Shown: positions 9,098 through 19,748 of the stretch, one piece after another
Layout of the letters: each line of letters starts with the position of its first letter
How positions within the stretch are numbered: the first letter of the stretch is position 1
Origin: an uncultured Candidatus Saccharibacteria bacterium
GTDB taxonomy: Bacteria > Patescibacteriota > Minisyncoccia > Minisyncoccales > CAYJUL01
Direction: 5' to 3'
Assembly: GCA_964401295.1 (NCBI GenBank)
Contig: CAYNXX010000003.1
Span: 66,595 to 126,470 of the forward strand
DNA length: 59,876 bases
Translations under genes and position numbers: made by a program
Notes under the pieces: model-generated
The model's input: the letters and a program-made list of their open reading frames with translations, nothing else
The model's database searches: none
What the model was told of the DNA's origin: nothing

Positions 9098-10098
9098 AGA
9101 TTAATCGGTTTGTTTTTTGAGAACGCAATTATGTTTTCAGCCGTAGCATTCAAAATCCTCTGAAGCGCTTCGACGCTGTTAAAAGCGTTATGCGGCGTAA
9201 CGATAACATTCGGATGGCTAATAAGCATATGATTTTGCAGAGTTATTTTAAGATCGCGGGTTTTTTTGAAAGCGGCGTTTAAAAGCTCCCATTCTTCTTT
9301 TATAAAACCCTCCCCTTCTAGAACATCCAATCCCAATCCCGCAAAAATACCATCTTTAAGTCCGGCGAGCAAAGCCGATGTATCGCAAACCTCGCCGCGC
9401 GAGGTATTTATCAAATAACATCTTTTTTTAAACAGCTTTAACGATTTTAAATTGACAAGATGATGCGTTGCTGGATTATGCGGCACGTGCAAAGTCACGA
9501 TATCGGAATTGCCAAATAAATAATCGAGTGTTACGTATTTAAACCTTACGCGCTTGGCAAACGCCAAATCCTTTTTGACATCAAAGGCCAAAACTTCCAT
9601 TCCAAAGCACCGCGCCAGATTGATAACATCGCGGCCTATAGTACCGATGCCTACGACGCCCAATGTTTTTCCAGCAAGATCAAATCCCCTTAATCCGTCA
9701 AGCGAAAAATCATCCTTTTTAGTTCTTTCGTAAGAAGCGCAGATTTTACGCGAAAGCGCAAGAATAAGAGCAAAAGTATGCTCGGCAACGGTATTTTCGC
9801 CGTATGTCGGCACATTTGAAACTAAAATGTTTCTTTTGCCGCATTCTTTCAAGTTTATATGATCAAAACCGGTTGAACGAGTTGCGATAAATTTTAAATT
9901 TTTTGCAAGGCCCAAAATATTTTTATCCACCGAAGAATAAATAAAGATTGAAAAAACATCTGCGCCTGAGGTTTTTTTTAACGTTTGCGGGTTCAATTTT
10001 TCTCCTGAAAATAACAAGTCAAAACGCTTAAGTTTTGATTTCAAATAATCCGCTTCGCCGGGCTCTATTTCAAAAAATGCTATTTTTAATTTTTCCAT
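9076..10098 (-). CDS. ldhA: D-lactate / D-2-hydroxyacid dehydrogenase
   Basis: RSTGFDHI, VAEH, GVVGIGTIG Rossmann motif, INTSRG, LDVLEGE, TPHNAF. Confidence 0.88.
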   Translation of the reverse strand: MEKLKIAFFEIEPGEADYLKSKLKRFDLLFSGEKLNPQTLKKTSGADVFSIFIYSSVDKNILGLAKNLKFIATRSTGFDHINLKECGKRNILVSNVPTYGENTVAEHTFALILALSRKICASYERTKKDDFSLDGLRGFDLAGKTLGVVGIGTIGRDVINLARCFGMEVLAFDVKKDLAFAKRVRFKYVTLDYLFGNSDIVTLHVPHNPATHHLVNLKSLKLFKKRCYLINTSRGEVCDTSALLAGLKDGIFAGLGLDVLEGEGFIKEEWELLNAAFKKTRDLKITLQNHMLISHPNVIVTPHNAFNSVEALQRILNATAENIIAFSKNKPINLVRWPSG

Positions 10099-10103
10099 TT
10101 TGT

Positions 10104-10496
10104 TTATTCGGTTGTTTTACCGTCAAAATGCTCCTCAGAAGATTCCGCCTCTGGTTTCGTTTTGTGCACAGTACCGTCTTTATGGTTTGGCGGCGAATAA
10201 ATCGTATAAAGCTTCATCTCCGTTTCGCCGGTGTTTATAATATTGTGCTTTGTTCCGGCCGGGACAGTTACAGAAAATCCGTCTCCAATTTCGTGCTCAA
10301 CACCGTCTAAAATCGCTTTTCCCCTGCCCGATTCAAACCGTAAAAACTGGTCAAGATAATGCACTTCTTCGCCGATTTCTTCGCCAGACCCCAAACTCAT
10401 CAAGACAAGCTGGCTATTTTTTGTTGTATAGAGAACCTTGCGAAAATAATTGTTTTCTTTTGTTTCTTTTTCTATATTAATTACGTATCCTTTCAT
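10104..10496 (-). CDS. Cupin domain protein
   Basis: FRKVLYT..SQLVLM, EIGEEVH..DQF, VPAGTKHNI, LYTIYSPPNH. Confidence 0.9.
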   Translation of the reverse strand: MKGYVINIEKETKENNYFRKVLYTTKNSQLVLMSLGSGEEIGEEVHYLDQFLRFESGRGKAILDGVEHEIGDGFSVTVPAGTKHNIINTGETEMKLYTIYSPPNHKDGTVHKTKPEAESSEEHFDGKTTE

Positions 10497-10596
10497 AATA
10501 GGTTTATTTAAATTATTAATAATTTATGGCGCTTGTGAGGGATTCAAAATGAGCTTTTATTAATTATACCTTACTGTGCTTATGTGCGGCAAATAA

Positions 10597-10623
10597 AGGG
10601 CGCGAAATTTTATTTCGCGCCCT
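10597..10623. terminator. Hairpin at the distal end of the MoxR/FtsH-like block
   Basis: Perfect 12-bp stem AGGGCGCGAAAT/ATTTCGCGCCCT. Confidence 0.55.
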
Positions 10624-10648
10624 AACCGTCTTAATTTTAATTTGCTCT

Positions 10649-11347
10649 TTACTTTGCTTGCCCTTGCTGCTGCGTCTGGGCCGGGGCAAACACAAGAGAG
10701 GTCGCAGAAAGCATAGACAACCAGCTGGCTTTAGCCGCATCTTGTGGCAAAGTCGACAATGCATCGGTAGAAACTATAAAATCTATACCGCTGGTATCCG
10801 GATAAAGAACGATTATCTCCAGTGCTTTAACCGCGGCAACATTCGGCACAACATTAACCATGGTTTCTTTAAGAAGACTCACCAGTGCTTCGCCGGCACG
10901 CGGTTGGAAAGTTTCTGCTTGTTGTTCTTGACTAAGAGTTTGCGGGTCAAACAGATATTCTGGCACCGCAAACATTACCACGTACCCCACAACTAAACTG
11001 CCGCTATTCTCAACTACCCGGGCCGCGGTAACGACAACGTGAATATCACTATAGCTATTCGTAACTCCTGCGGCTATTTTGTTAGCAGTATCTTGAGCCA
11101 GATTTATATCCTGAGCGGACACTGTTGCAGAAGGCACAATTGCTGTAGGGGTTGGAGCAACGCCCAAAAGAGTATTAAGCCCTGATGGCAAAGATGCTGT
11201 CTCAGAGGTACCAGACCGGGTAGATAATCCCTGATCGTCAGAAGAAGAACCAACGGAACAAGCTGCTGTGACCAACAAAACCAAGACAAGAATAAGACTC
11301 AAGCCAACAAAACGCAAACTTCGATTTAGCAACGCCTTACCTCCCAT
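10649..11347 (-). CDS. Putative lipoprotein, unknown function
   Basis: Hydrophobic signal ending LVTAAC, Ser/Thr-rich linker; upstream TTGACT-17-TAGTCT. Confidence 0.7.
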   Translation of the reverse strand: MGGKALLNRSLRFVGLSLILVLVLLVTAACSVGSSSDDQGLSTRSGTSETASLPSGLNTLLGVAPTPTAIVPSATVSAQDINLAQDTANKIAAGVTNSYSDIHVVVTAARVVENSGSLVVGYVVMFAVPEYLFDPQTLSQEQQAETFQPRAGEALVSLLKETMVNVVPNVAAVKALEIIVLYPDTSGIDFIVSTDALSTLPQDAAKASWLSMLSATSLVFAPAQTQQQGQAK

Positions 11348-11460
11348 TTAATCGCTAAAAATGTTAATGTTCGTCCACCTAGACTAGCTCATTGGTCTCG
11401 GAAAGTCAAGAGATAAAAAGAGCCCTCAATGAAATGGGGCTCTTACTGTTTACTGTGTCT

Positions 11461-12033
11461 TTATTGGCTGGAGCTGTTTTGTGCTGCATTCTGTGTTTTC
11501 GGAATCAAATCCAGATCTACAAACTGTAATTTCTCCAGCCACACCTTTGGCGAAGCGTTCGGTATGGCTCTTAAATCTTCCACCACGCCAATGGCTCTTT
11601 GCATAGAACCATCTGGCAGCCTGATATCAATAATGATTGCCCTGACTGCCGGGTCAAAGGGCACGACATATTTCATGGTCAACTGCAGCAAATCGTATAC
11701 CCCTCCGTTATAAGCATCGATAGCCTTCTTCAGCTCGCTCGCAGAGGTTAAGCCGCCAAGACTTTGGCCTTGCTGAGCTTGCACAAAAATTTTCAATGGC
11801 GCATTAAAATTAAATTGATATCGCACTACAATTGTGCCTGATAAATCCTCGCGCGTAGCTGCGGGCACGGAAATGTAAGCACGTTTATCAACCCGGCCAC
11901 GAATCTCTTCTAGTCGCTCCGTGATAGTGCCGCCCCCTATCGTTGTTTCCTTAGGGGCATAAAACTTGAAAGCCAGAAATCCAATGGCTAAAATTACCAT
12001 AAGTGCAATACAGTTTTTAATCAAGCGCTTCAT
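11461..12033 (-). CDS. Membrane-anchored or secreted hypothetical protein
   Basis: N-terminal basic + hydrophobic segment; start abuts the stop of the upstream FtsH-like gene. Confidence 0.75.
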   Translation of the reverse strand: MKRLIKNCIALMVILAIGFLAFKFYAPKETTIGGGTITERLEEIRGRVDKRAYISVPAATREDLSGTIVVRYQFNFNAPLKIFVQAQQGQSLGGLTSASELKKAIDAYNGGVYDLLQLTMKYVVPFDPAVRAIIIDIRLPDGSMQRAIGVVEDLRAIPNASPKVWLEKLQFVDLDLIPKTQNAAQNSSSQ

Positions 12034-14730
12034 CTAGTTCACCACCTTTTGTGCCTCAGGGAGTTGAAGGGTTTTGGCATAAAACGGATTATCTTGGCCA
12101 AAGAACATTCGTTCCGGCAACAGATTACGGTCTTCCTTTGACAAGAAACTTAGCTTGATAAGCCTTGCATCTAAACTATCCCACAAATTTTCCAAGTTTT
12201 TTCCTGAAAGTTCATCAAGTTCCTGGAGTCTGGTCACAATGTCTGTGGCCAAATCTTTATTGGCCCTGATCAAACGATAGACATCAACCGCTGCCTGACC
12301 GAGAAATACAGCTACACGTTCTCGCGTTTTTGGATTGGCGAGAACCTGATCAACAAAAGTTTTACTTCCAGCAGAAACAGAAAGATGTTCGTCCGGCGCC
12401 GAAATCAACGTCTCGCCGATGGCGGCGTATTTTTGTCGGAGCTTGACTGAACAACGATATGGCACCATTGCTGCCTTTCCGACAATAAAGGATGCGATTC
12501 TGGTTGCATTCTCAAGGTCAGAAGAAACGCCGGGCTCATTCTCGTTAAAGAAGAAACGCTCGGCAATTACAGACCCTACGCTAACTCTTAGCAATCCCTC
12601 ATAGAAGGACTGGGGCGTAGCATCTCTTTCCTCAACCGGAACGTGGGCGACCATCCCCAAAGCCTGTCCGCGCGGCATCACCGACAAGACGGTCGGTCTC
12701 ATCTGCTCTCCGAGAAAAGCTTTCAGGGGCAGGAAATGACCCATCGCTTCGTGATAGGCCGTGCGTCTCCGGTTTTCACTGGAGACTCGGCCGGGATCTG
12801 CCCGTCCATAAAGCACTTGACTACGAGCCTCCATTAGAGACTTCCAGTCGGCCCGCGGGTCGTCCCAAGCAGAATCTTCCAGCTCAGCCTCATGACGCAG
12901 CCAGAACTTTCTGTCTTCTTCGGTCAAATTCTCAAGCAAAGAACCAGAATCAAGCATCTCTTTGATGCGTTTTAGATTCTCTACGTGACTGCTCCGAACA
13001 TCAGGAGCAAGATTTATCATTTGCTCAAGTTCGGCCGGACTCATACCTGGCGTAGCCCTAGCCAGTTCTTCTATTTTTTCTGGAGCCAACAGGTGAGGTT
13101 GCGCCCATCTCTTCTTTATTGCCTTATCTAGATAGAGCGCCGCAACATCTGCCCTGGCGCGCACGTCGGGAGTCTTAAACCTTGCCGTAACTCCAAAGCG
13201 TCCCGGCCTACGAATGGCCGGATCAAGCATCCAGGCTCGGTTAGTCGCAGCTAAGAAAAGAATATTATAATTCTGCGCCTTGCCTGGTGGCACGCGCAAT
13301 AGTCTACCTCTAAAGGTAACCGGCATAAACAGAGCATCGAGAAGCTCATTTGTCTTGCCACGCAGCAATTTTTCCAAGAAGGGAGGAGTACTTACTCCAT
13401 CCAGCCAAGTGAGAAAGGAGAAAATTGCAGTATTCGCACCCCCACCACCTCCGCCAAAGAACATCTGCTGATGTTCGTAACGGTTTTTCATTGCTTGTTT
13501 GAGTTCCCAAAATCTCTCCCGGGCCTGAGCGGTATCGTAAATAATACCGCACTGGCTCGTGCAACCAGCACTGTCATAAGAAAACATGTCCCAAATTTGG
13601 TTTGTTGATCTGCCAAAAGGCGTCATACCCGGCATGCCGGATCGCACCTGGAATAGTTGCTCGGCCTCGTCAATAAAGACGATTGCGCCGCCGTATTCTT
13701 TGGCCAATGCTTCGGTACGCGCCCTCAAATAAAGCACCACGAATTGGGCGAATCCAAAAAAGGCAGGCGCAAGCGCTTGAGCATCGGCATAAACGTACGG
13801 CAGCTCAAGCCTCGTACCAATCTCCTTTGCGAATAAAGTCTTTCCTGTACCTGGTGGACCTTCAAAAATAATCCCGCGCGAAGCTGGTCTTTCGCTTTTG
13901 CCCTCGGCAAAAGCTACGAATTTTCTCAGCTCGACCTCGGTCGTAGCACGAGCATCTGCTTGTCCGCGCATAGTTCCTTCCGGAACTTCCCACGTGGCGT
14001 CTCCTGGTTTATGAAACTTGATTTGCATAATGTTTGGCAACATAATACTGCCATACAAAAAAATCGTCATTACTAAGTAGAAAATAGGCAGCATCAAAAA
14101 GTTAGGCAGCAAAAGCAAAATAGTTGGACCAAAAACCTCAAAAGAGAAACGCAGGCCGGCTGCGGAAAAGAATGACGCATACACCAGCCATGAAGGCAGC
14201 CAGATGATCTGCAAAAGCCAGATAATGGCCAGCAGATACAATGGCACGAGGAAAGTATCCTGTGGCGAACTGCCGAAAACAAGCTTAAAGACCACCCAGT
14301 ATAAAACTAGACCGATGCTGATTTTCGCGCCCATGCCAAACATTTTATCGTGCATGCGCGCCGCCTCGCGCTTTAAGGCTGCAAGGCGCGCTTTTTTACG
14401 CAGAATTTCCTGATCAGATCCTTGCGACTGTTTTGCAATTTGAGCGTTGGGTTCGATTGAACCTTCCTCGACGTCATCCATATGCACTATTTGCTCTGCT
14501 GCATGTAAAGCAAGACCACCTCTAAGCGCTATGGTAAAAACGAGATAGCTTACAGCAACGAGCGGAAAAGCCGCAGGGATAGAAACACCCTGCCAAACAA
14601 ACCAGCCAAGCGAAAAAATAAAATATCCGGCGGATGCCAACAAGAAATGAGGCAAATGCTGTGAAGAAACGGGCAAAAACGAACCAATAACTCTTTGCAG
14701 CTTTTTAACCATCTCTTCCATAACAGACAC
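12034..14730 (-). CDS. Divergent FtsH-like membrane AAA+ ATPase / M41 metalloprotease
   Basis: Multiple N-terminal TMs, GPPGTGKT, IVFIDE, AATNR..LDPAIRRPGRF, AYHEAMGH, PRGQALG, SDLENAT. Confidence 0.85.
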   Translation of the reverse strand: MSVMEEMVKKLQRVIGSFLPVSSQHLPHFLLASAGYFIFSLGWFVWQGVSIPAAFPLVAVSYLVFTIALRGGLALHAAEQIVHMDDVEEGSIEPNAQIAKQSQGSDQEILRKKARLAALKREAARMHDKMFGMGAKISIGLVLYWVVFKLVFGSSPQDTFLVPLYLLAIIWLLQIIWLPSWLVYASFFSAAGLRFSFEVFGPTILLLLPNFLMLPIFYLVMTIFLYGSIMLPNIMQIKFHKPGDATWEVPEGTMRGQADARATTEVELRKFVAFAEGKSERPASRGIIFEGPPGTGKTLFAKEIGTRLELPYVYADAQALAPAFFGFAQFVVLYLRARTEALAKEYGGAIVFIDEAEQLFQVRSGMPGMTPFGRSTNQIWDMFSYDSAGCTSQCGIIYDTAQARERFWELKQAMKNRYEHQQMFFGGGGGGANTAIFSFLTWLDGVSTPPFLEKLLRGKTNELLDALFMPVTFRGRLLRVPPGKAQNYNILFLAATNRAWMLDPAIRRPGRFGVTARFKTPDVRARADVAALYLDKAIKKRWAQPHLLAPEKIEELARATPGMSPAELEQMINLAPDVRSSHVENLKRIKEMLDSGSLLENLTEEDRKFWLRHEAELEDSAWDDPRADWKSLMEARSQVLYGRADPGRVSSENRRRTAYHEAMGHFLPLKAFLGEQMRPTVLSVMPRGQALGMVAHVPVEERDATPQSFYEGLLRVSVGSVIAERFFFNENEPGVSSDLENATRIASFIVGKAAMVPYRCSVKLRQKYAAIGETLISAPDEHLSVSAGSKTFVDQVLANPKTRERVAVFLGQAAVDVYRLIRANKDLATDIVTRLQELDELSGKNLENLWDSLDARLIKLSFLSKEDRNLLPERMFFGQDNPFYAKTLQLPEAQKVVN

Positions 14731-14860
14731 CTTTCCTTTTTAAGTTGTCATGGTACTCCAGCCTGAATACCAAACCTACCGTTAGTTGTCAATCCCCATC
14801 ATATGTGTTAAGCTTTTACTGATCAGGTTTGATCAATTTTTGCCGGGCGAGAAAGGACCG

Positions 14861-15247
14861 ATGAAATATATGATGCAGTTAGTACAGTTCCTTATAAATC
14901 TTCCTTGGACTATATTTGGTCTGCTAAATGCGCTTATCAGCCAACCAGTTGAAGTAGAAATCAATCTCAGCCGGTTAACACTAATCATTTGGGTAAAAAA
15001 TATCAAATTTATACCAAGCGAATTTTTTGCTCTGACCTGCGGCCATGTCATCTTAATCAAAATGAAAGCGCGCAATCAACAACGGCGATGGGGATACGAT
15101 GCTGAAAAATTAAAACAGCACGAATTCGTCCATGTTAAGCAATTTGATAGATTTTGGGGGTTTTTCCCTTTAATCTATTCCATAGAATCACTGTTACACG
15201 GCTATAATGAAAATCATTTTGAGCTTGAAGCGAAGAAAAAATCTTGA
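14861..15247 (+). CDS. Small putative zinc metallopeptidase (HExxH)
   Basis: ALTCGH, HEFVH, downstream NHFELEA; AAAGGA SD before ATG 14861. Confidence 0.65.
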   Translation: MKYMMQLVQFLINLPWTIFGLLNALISQPVEVEINLSRLTLIIWVKNIKFIPSEFFALTCGHVILIKMKARNQQRRWGYDAEKLKQHEFVHVKQFDRFWGFFPLIYSIESLLHGYNENHFELEAKKKS

Positions 15248-15303
15248 GCCAAGAATTATGATCAATAAAAAAAGTCCTCTAGCGACTTTACGCTGAGGAC
15301 TTT

Positions 15304-16272
15304 TTAATTTGGTCTACGCAAATAAAGAAAGAACATTAAACTGGCAAAGGATGCTATTGCAATCAAAGGAGCAAGTTCTACCGCTGTGCGGCGTTCGCTG
15401 GTTTGATAGCTGGGGCTTACTGGGCCTGCGGCTTTTTTAACTGCATCGAACAGGCTTGCATAATCTTTTTCGCTAAAATATTCTCCGCCGGCAATATTGG
15501 CAGATTCTACTAGAACGTTTTTGTTAAAATTACTTACGTATGGATCTATACCCCGAAGTTTGCCCTCGTTGTCATATAAGTAAATCAGTTCTCCTGGCGC
15601 GCCTATGCCGACAAAAAATATGCTAACATTCGCTTCGCGCAGTGAGACAATATCCGCATCGTTTGTTAAGACCGGCATATCTCCGTCCGTGAAAACAACC
15701 ATAATTTTTTTCTTACTCTCTTTGGGGAAAAAGGCAGAATAATCTTTTGTTAACGCGTCTAAACTGCCCCTTGCATTAAAACCTCCAAACGGTATTGATC
15801 CTACTTGTACATCTTTATCAAGCGCATAGTCTATGGCTGACGCATTGCTGGTAGGAAAAAGATGGGCCAGCATAATGTCTGTGAAGCCGGCTATCCCGAT
15901 TTTAGCATCAAGCTGTCCAACAAGTTCCTGACCAATAATCTTTGCCCTTGCCAGACGCGTCGACGCATAAACTTCTTTTTGAGCTAGCATGCTGCGCGAA
16001 ACATCAAAAACTAATAATACCGAAACATCGTTGCTAAGCTTTATTCTACTCTTCTCATTGGTCAGGATTATAGGTCTAGCAATGACAAGCACCAGCAAAA
16101 CAAGGAACAGCGTTATGCTAATAGCTTCGGCAATAAAAATTCTGCCATTAACTTTCAGCAAAAACGCTCTTAGCACTTCTTGTTCGTGACGCCACGATAA
16201 AAAGAGAACTAAGAAAAGCGGAGCTATAATTGTCAGGCCAAGCAAGCCCTCCGGGAAAAGTAGCCTAATCAA
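15304..16272 (-). CDS. VWA domain membrane protein (BatB-like)
   Basis: IARP, MIDAS DVSRSM, RLARAK, FTDGD, GGEY; TTG start after AGGAGG. Confidence 0.85.
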   Translation of the reverse strand: MIRLLFPEGLLGLTIIAPLFLVLFLSWRHEQEVLRAFLLKVNGRIFIAEAISITLFLVLLVLVIARPIILTNEKSRIKLSNDVSVLLVFDVSRSMLAQKEVYASTRLARAKIIGQELVGQLDAKIGIAGFTDIMLAHLFPTSNASAIDYALDKDVQVGSIPFGGFNARGSLDALTKDYSAFFPKESKKKIMVVFTDGDMPVLTNDADIVSLREANVSIFFVGIGAPGELIYLYDNEGKLRGIDPYVSNFNKNVLVESANIAGGEYFSEKDYASLFDAVKKAAGPVSPSYQTSERRTAVELAPLIAIASFASLMFFLYLRRPN

Positions 16273-16282
16273 TTTATGCCTC

Positions 16283-16888
16283 CTAATAATCTGAGTATTT
16301 GCCGGGGTTCCCGCCTGGAATTCCCGGCAAGGTATCAAGGGGTAAATCTCCGTTATCTTGTTTATTTTGGCCACTATCTTGAGACTTACCTTCAGAGTTG
16401 CGCAGGGAACTTAAAAACTCCAGATTGTGTTTAGCGTTCTCATTCTCCGGGTCGAGCACAGAAGCCTTGGCAAATAACTGTAGCGCCCGTTCCAGCAACT
16501 GAGAATCCTGATTGCTTAAAGCCTGGGAGGCTGTAATGATTCCAAGTTCATTAAGGGCAATAGAGGCTATCTGATGATTTTTGGAATTGGCGAGTTCTTG
16601 CAGCTGATTGACTGCCGCCTCTGTCTGGTTCTCTGCTAAAAGTACGTATACATTTCGCAATTTGAGCCCATCGCCCTGACCCATCTGTTCAACTAGCCAA
16701 CGGTTAATATCATAGCCGAGAAAAGATCGCCAGTCACCTACTAAACCCTGAGCCTCAAGGCTTGCGTCTGATTTTGCGATCAATGAGTTCATTCTGGAAA
16801 TGACGATTGCGCCGCTGATCAATACGCCTGCAAACACCAACAAAAGTATGGCAATTGCAAACCCAATGATCCTTCTTCGCCACAACAT
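16283..16888 (-). CDS. TPR-like membrane-anchored protein (BatC-like)
   Basis: N-terminal TM, LDPENENAKHNLEFL motif, low-complexity tail. Confidence 0.7.
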   Translation of the reverse strand: MLWRRRIIGFAIAILLLVFAGVLISGAIVISRMNSLIAKSDASLEAQGLVGDWRSFLGYDINRWLVEQMGQGDGLKLRNVYVLLAENQTEAAVNQLQELANSKNHQIASIALNELGIITASQALSNQDSQLLERALQLFAKASVLDPENENAKHNLEFLSSLRNSEGKSQDSGQNKQDNGDLPLDTLPGIPGGNPGKYSDY

Positions 16889-16892
16889 GACA

Positions 16893-17912
16893 TCACTCCC
16901 CTTTCGGCCAGCGAACAGGACGCATAAATATTACGCCCGTCGTTAATGCCGCAATCAACATGGCCGCTCCAAGCACAATTCGCAATGACAAACCCACTTC
17001 TGGGCTTGCGACGCCGCTCGCAGAAATTTCTGTATTCGGCTTCTGAAGGTCGAGATTCAAGGAGGTTGTATCTAGCGCTTCGACATCACTAATTATGAAA
17101 ACCGAGGCTTCACCAAGGATATTTTTGAGCTGATCTACGGAAGAATTATAACCTTCATTCTCCATAACAAAGGCAACGAGATTGAACTTCTTATTGACAA
17201 GCGCTGCAAGCAGCTGCATAAGAGCCGGGGGTTCATCGTCCTCAAAATCGCTTGCAATAATCACAGGAATACGGTTTTGCGAGAACCCTTTTTCCTGGCT
17301 GCTAAACATAATAGCTTTTCCAAGCGCTTGTTTGATATCTGTTGCGCCTGTAAAGCTTAGCGATTGCGATAACTTCCAGTTCAGCCATACTGCATTTAAG
17401 AGGCTTTCCCGCTCTGCACTAGGCCCAATAATTACATCTGTTCCTCCAAAAATGATTACCAAAATATTAGCGCCTGGATTGCGAAGCAATAGCTTATCCA
17501 ATAGCGTAATTGCGGTGCAATCTTTGCGCGCCGAACCATTTTCTATGCTGGTAACTCTGTAATCGTCCGCGCAATTAGTGTTGCCGGGAAACGCCGATGC
17601 AGACATTGAACCTGAAAAATCCAAAAGATAAATTGCGTCTATCGGCCGTTGCTCTTTGGGTAGAATCTGCTGGGGTGTTGTTGAGGGATGCACAAGCATA
17701 ACTAATCCGCCGATGATAAGCAGAAAAATGACAATTATAACGGCTAAACTGGCGCACCGTTTTGGCCAGGCGATCGGCTCAGCTTTATCACCAAGAGGAA
17801 TGGTATGATGCTTTTTAATCGTCCAGGCCGCTACCAGAATCAAAGCTGTAACCGCAACCGCGCTCCATAAAAATATTGAGGATCGTGCCAAAGATATTAA
17901 AATCTCAATCAT
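16893..17912 (-). CDS. VWA domain membrane protein (BatA-like)
   Basis: MIDAS DFSGSM, GATDI..AL, IIASDFED, N- and C-terminal TMs. Confidence 0.82.
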   Translation of the reverse strand: MIEILISLARSSIFLWSAVAVTALILVAAWTIKKHHTIPLGDKAEPIAWPKRCASLAVIIVIFLLIIGGLVMLVHPSTTPQQILPKEQRPIDAIYLLDFSGSMSASAFPGNTNCADDYRVTSIENGSARKDCTAITLLDKLLLRNPGANILVIIFGGTDVIIGPSAERESLLNAVWLNWKLSQSLSFTGATDIKQALGKAIMFSSQEKGFSQNRIPVIIASDFEDDEPPALMQLLAALVNKKFNLVAFVMENEGYNSSVDQLKNILGEASVFIISDVEALDTTSLNLDLQKPNTEISASGVASPEVGLSLRIVLGAAMLIAALTTGVIFMRPVRWPKGE

Positions 17913-18834
17913 GGCCTCGCTCCTGGCTATTCGTTGCATTGATGATTAGTCTCCGCAGCTGGGAAAGCAGCTCTTGAGCGGTTTGGACTTTAACTTGTTC
18001 TGGCGGGCCAAAAACTATGGGCAGAAATTTCTGCTCAAGAGCGACAGCGCCGGCAACCGGACCAATATTTAAGACGGTCCGGAAAAGACGGTAGGCTTCA
18101 AGAACAATCTTATCTGGAGAAATCTTATTTTGAGCCAAGGCTTCAGCTAAACGCGAAATGTCTACCAGTTCTTGTCGGAAAGCAGTATTCGCGATCGGCT
18201 GCTGCGCCTTGATTTTTTTGCCTTGTGGCAAAAAACATGCAGCTGCGATAAAAATAAAAGCCAAAAGACTCAGCACCACGGCAAAGAAGATAAAATAAGG
18301 GGTCAGGTTCATTCCCGGTCGCATCGGATTAACAATCGGCGTCTGGGGGAAAAACAGAGGATCTGCCGACGAAAGCCTGCTCACCACACGAAGTTGTGGA
18401 TCTCCGGCAAAAAAAGTTTCCAGTTTGCCATTCTTATGTTCCATGACCACCGCGTATCCGCCTAGATCATAAGGGCTATCTTGAGGCAAACAAGACAAAC
18501 ATTGGACCGTAATGATTTTTTCTAACGTAACCACTGAACCCTCTGTGCTCTTACTACTCTCTTGCCTTTTAACAACCAAACCTTCTTTTGGAGCAATAAA
18601 TCTCACTGAATTTTCTTTGAACTCTCTAGCGTCAAAAGTTGCTGCGAGTTTGATTTGAAATTGGTCAGCAAACAAAACTGTCTCTGGCTCAACCGCAGCC
18701 CTTGTATAAACATCTGTAAATTTGGGCGTGCTATTTAAGCCGAACAAAAATTTCGGCTGTCTTATCATAGTAGCCAGAATGGTAAAGAAACCTAAAGCCG
18801 CCAATACGGCCACGAAAACTTTCATTCTATTCAT
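17905..18834 (-). CDS. Membrane hypothetical protein of the MoxR/VWA operon
   Basis: Signal anchor, beta-rich domain with CxxC, second TM; overlaps both neighbours. Confidence 0.75.
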   Translation of the reverse strand: MNRMKVFVAVLAALGFFTILATMIRQPKFLFGLNSTPKFTDVYTRAAVEPETVLFADQFQIKLAATFDAREFKENSVRFIAPKEGLVVKRQESSKSTEGSVVTLEKIITVQCLSCLPQDSPYDLGGYAVVMEHKNGKLETFFAGDPQLRVVSRLSSADPLFFPQTPIVNPMRPGMNLTPYFIFFAVVLSLLAFIFIAAACFLPQGKKIKAQQPIANTAFRQELVDISRLAEALAQNKISPDKIVLEAYRLFRTVLNIGPVAGAVALEQKFLPIVFGPPEQVKVQTAQELLSQLRRLIINATNSQERGHD

Positions 18835-19748
18835 CGCAAGCCTCCTCTTAATGCGCTCCAGCCTAAAAATGATTCATAGATCTGCTCTGGATCTGCGGTA
18901 AATAGCGTAATAGGGTGAACCTGAAGGCGCTCAAACAATTCAATTATTTTTTTTAGGCGAAATTGATGCTCGTGCATTTTTCTCTTAGCTTCTCCGGCCG
19001 CAATGAAACCCGTCTGTCTTTGGCCATCGCCGAAGACTTGGGGCAGATATACAGGAATTCTACCGCGCCATACGGGAAAACTTGCCTCAAGTGTAGGATC
19101 TTGAATTATCACAGGAACAATATCCCAGCTTGCGGTCGCGGCGATTAGCAATGCATATTCCGGCATGGCTAAAAAATCTGACAACAAGAAAACAAAACTT
19201 TCTGGCGGAACCTGATCTTTAGCGTCAAGAAGCCATTCAAGAGCAATAGAAATATTATTTTCAGGAGCAGTAAATTTTCCATAGGTCAAATTGCGATTGC
19301 GTACCCGGTTGGCTTCTATCTCCTTTTTGGGAGGACGCCAGAAAGGATCAGAATTTTGCGCCCCGTTGGCATAATCTAAATAGCCAACTAGACCGTGATG
19401 CTTTTTTAGGCTATCCACAATTAGCTGACCGGCACTCACGATAACCTGGTGTTTTGAAAGCCATGGTTTGGAATACCAGCTCATACGGGGCGAACGGTCA
19501 ACAACAATCACTGCCCGCATAATCTCATCCTGCCTAAATTGTCTTACAAACGGGGCAAAAGAACCTTGCTGGGCGGAACGTTTAGCCGTTTCTTTCCAAT
19601 CTATAAGCCGCATAGAATCTGAAGACTGATATTGACGTTTGTCAATAAAATCGTGGCCCTGACCGCGATGCTGACCAGGATATTCGCCTATACCGCGCCC
19701 GCTAATGCGTTTTCTTGGAATAAGAGGAAAAGTCAAGATTGTGTCCAT
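18831..19748 (-). CDS. DUF58 family protein (MoxR-associated, VWA-like)
   Basis: G.G.DF...RQY..SD.MRLIDWK.TA, VVDRSPRM, FLLSDF. Confidence 0.88.
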   Translation of the reverse strand: MDTILTFPLIPRKRISGRGIGEYPGQHRGQGHDFIDKRQYQSSDSMRLIDWKETAKRSAQQGSFAPFVRQFRQDEIMRAVIVVDRSPRMSWYSKPWLSKHQVIVSAGQLIVDSLKKHHGLVGYLDYANGAQNSDPFWRPPKKEIEANRVRNRNLTYGKFTAPENNISIALEWLLDAKDQVPPESFVFLLSDFLAMPEYALLIAATASWDIVPVIIQDPTLEASFPVWRGRIPVYLPQVFGDGQRQTGFIAAGEAKRKMHEHQFRLKKIIELFERLQVHPITLFTADPEQIYESFLGWSALRGGLR

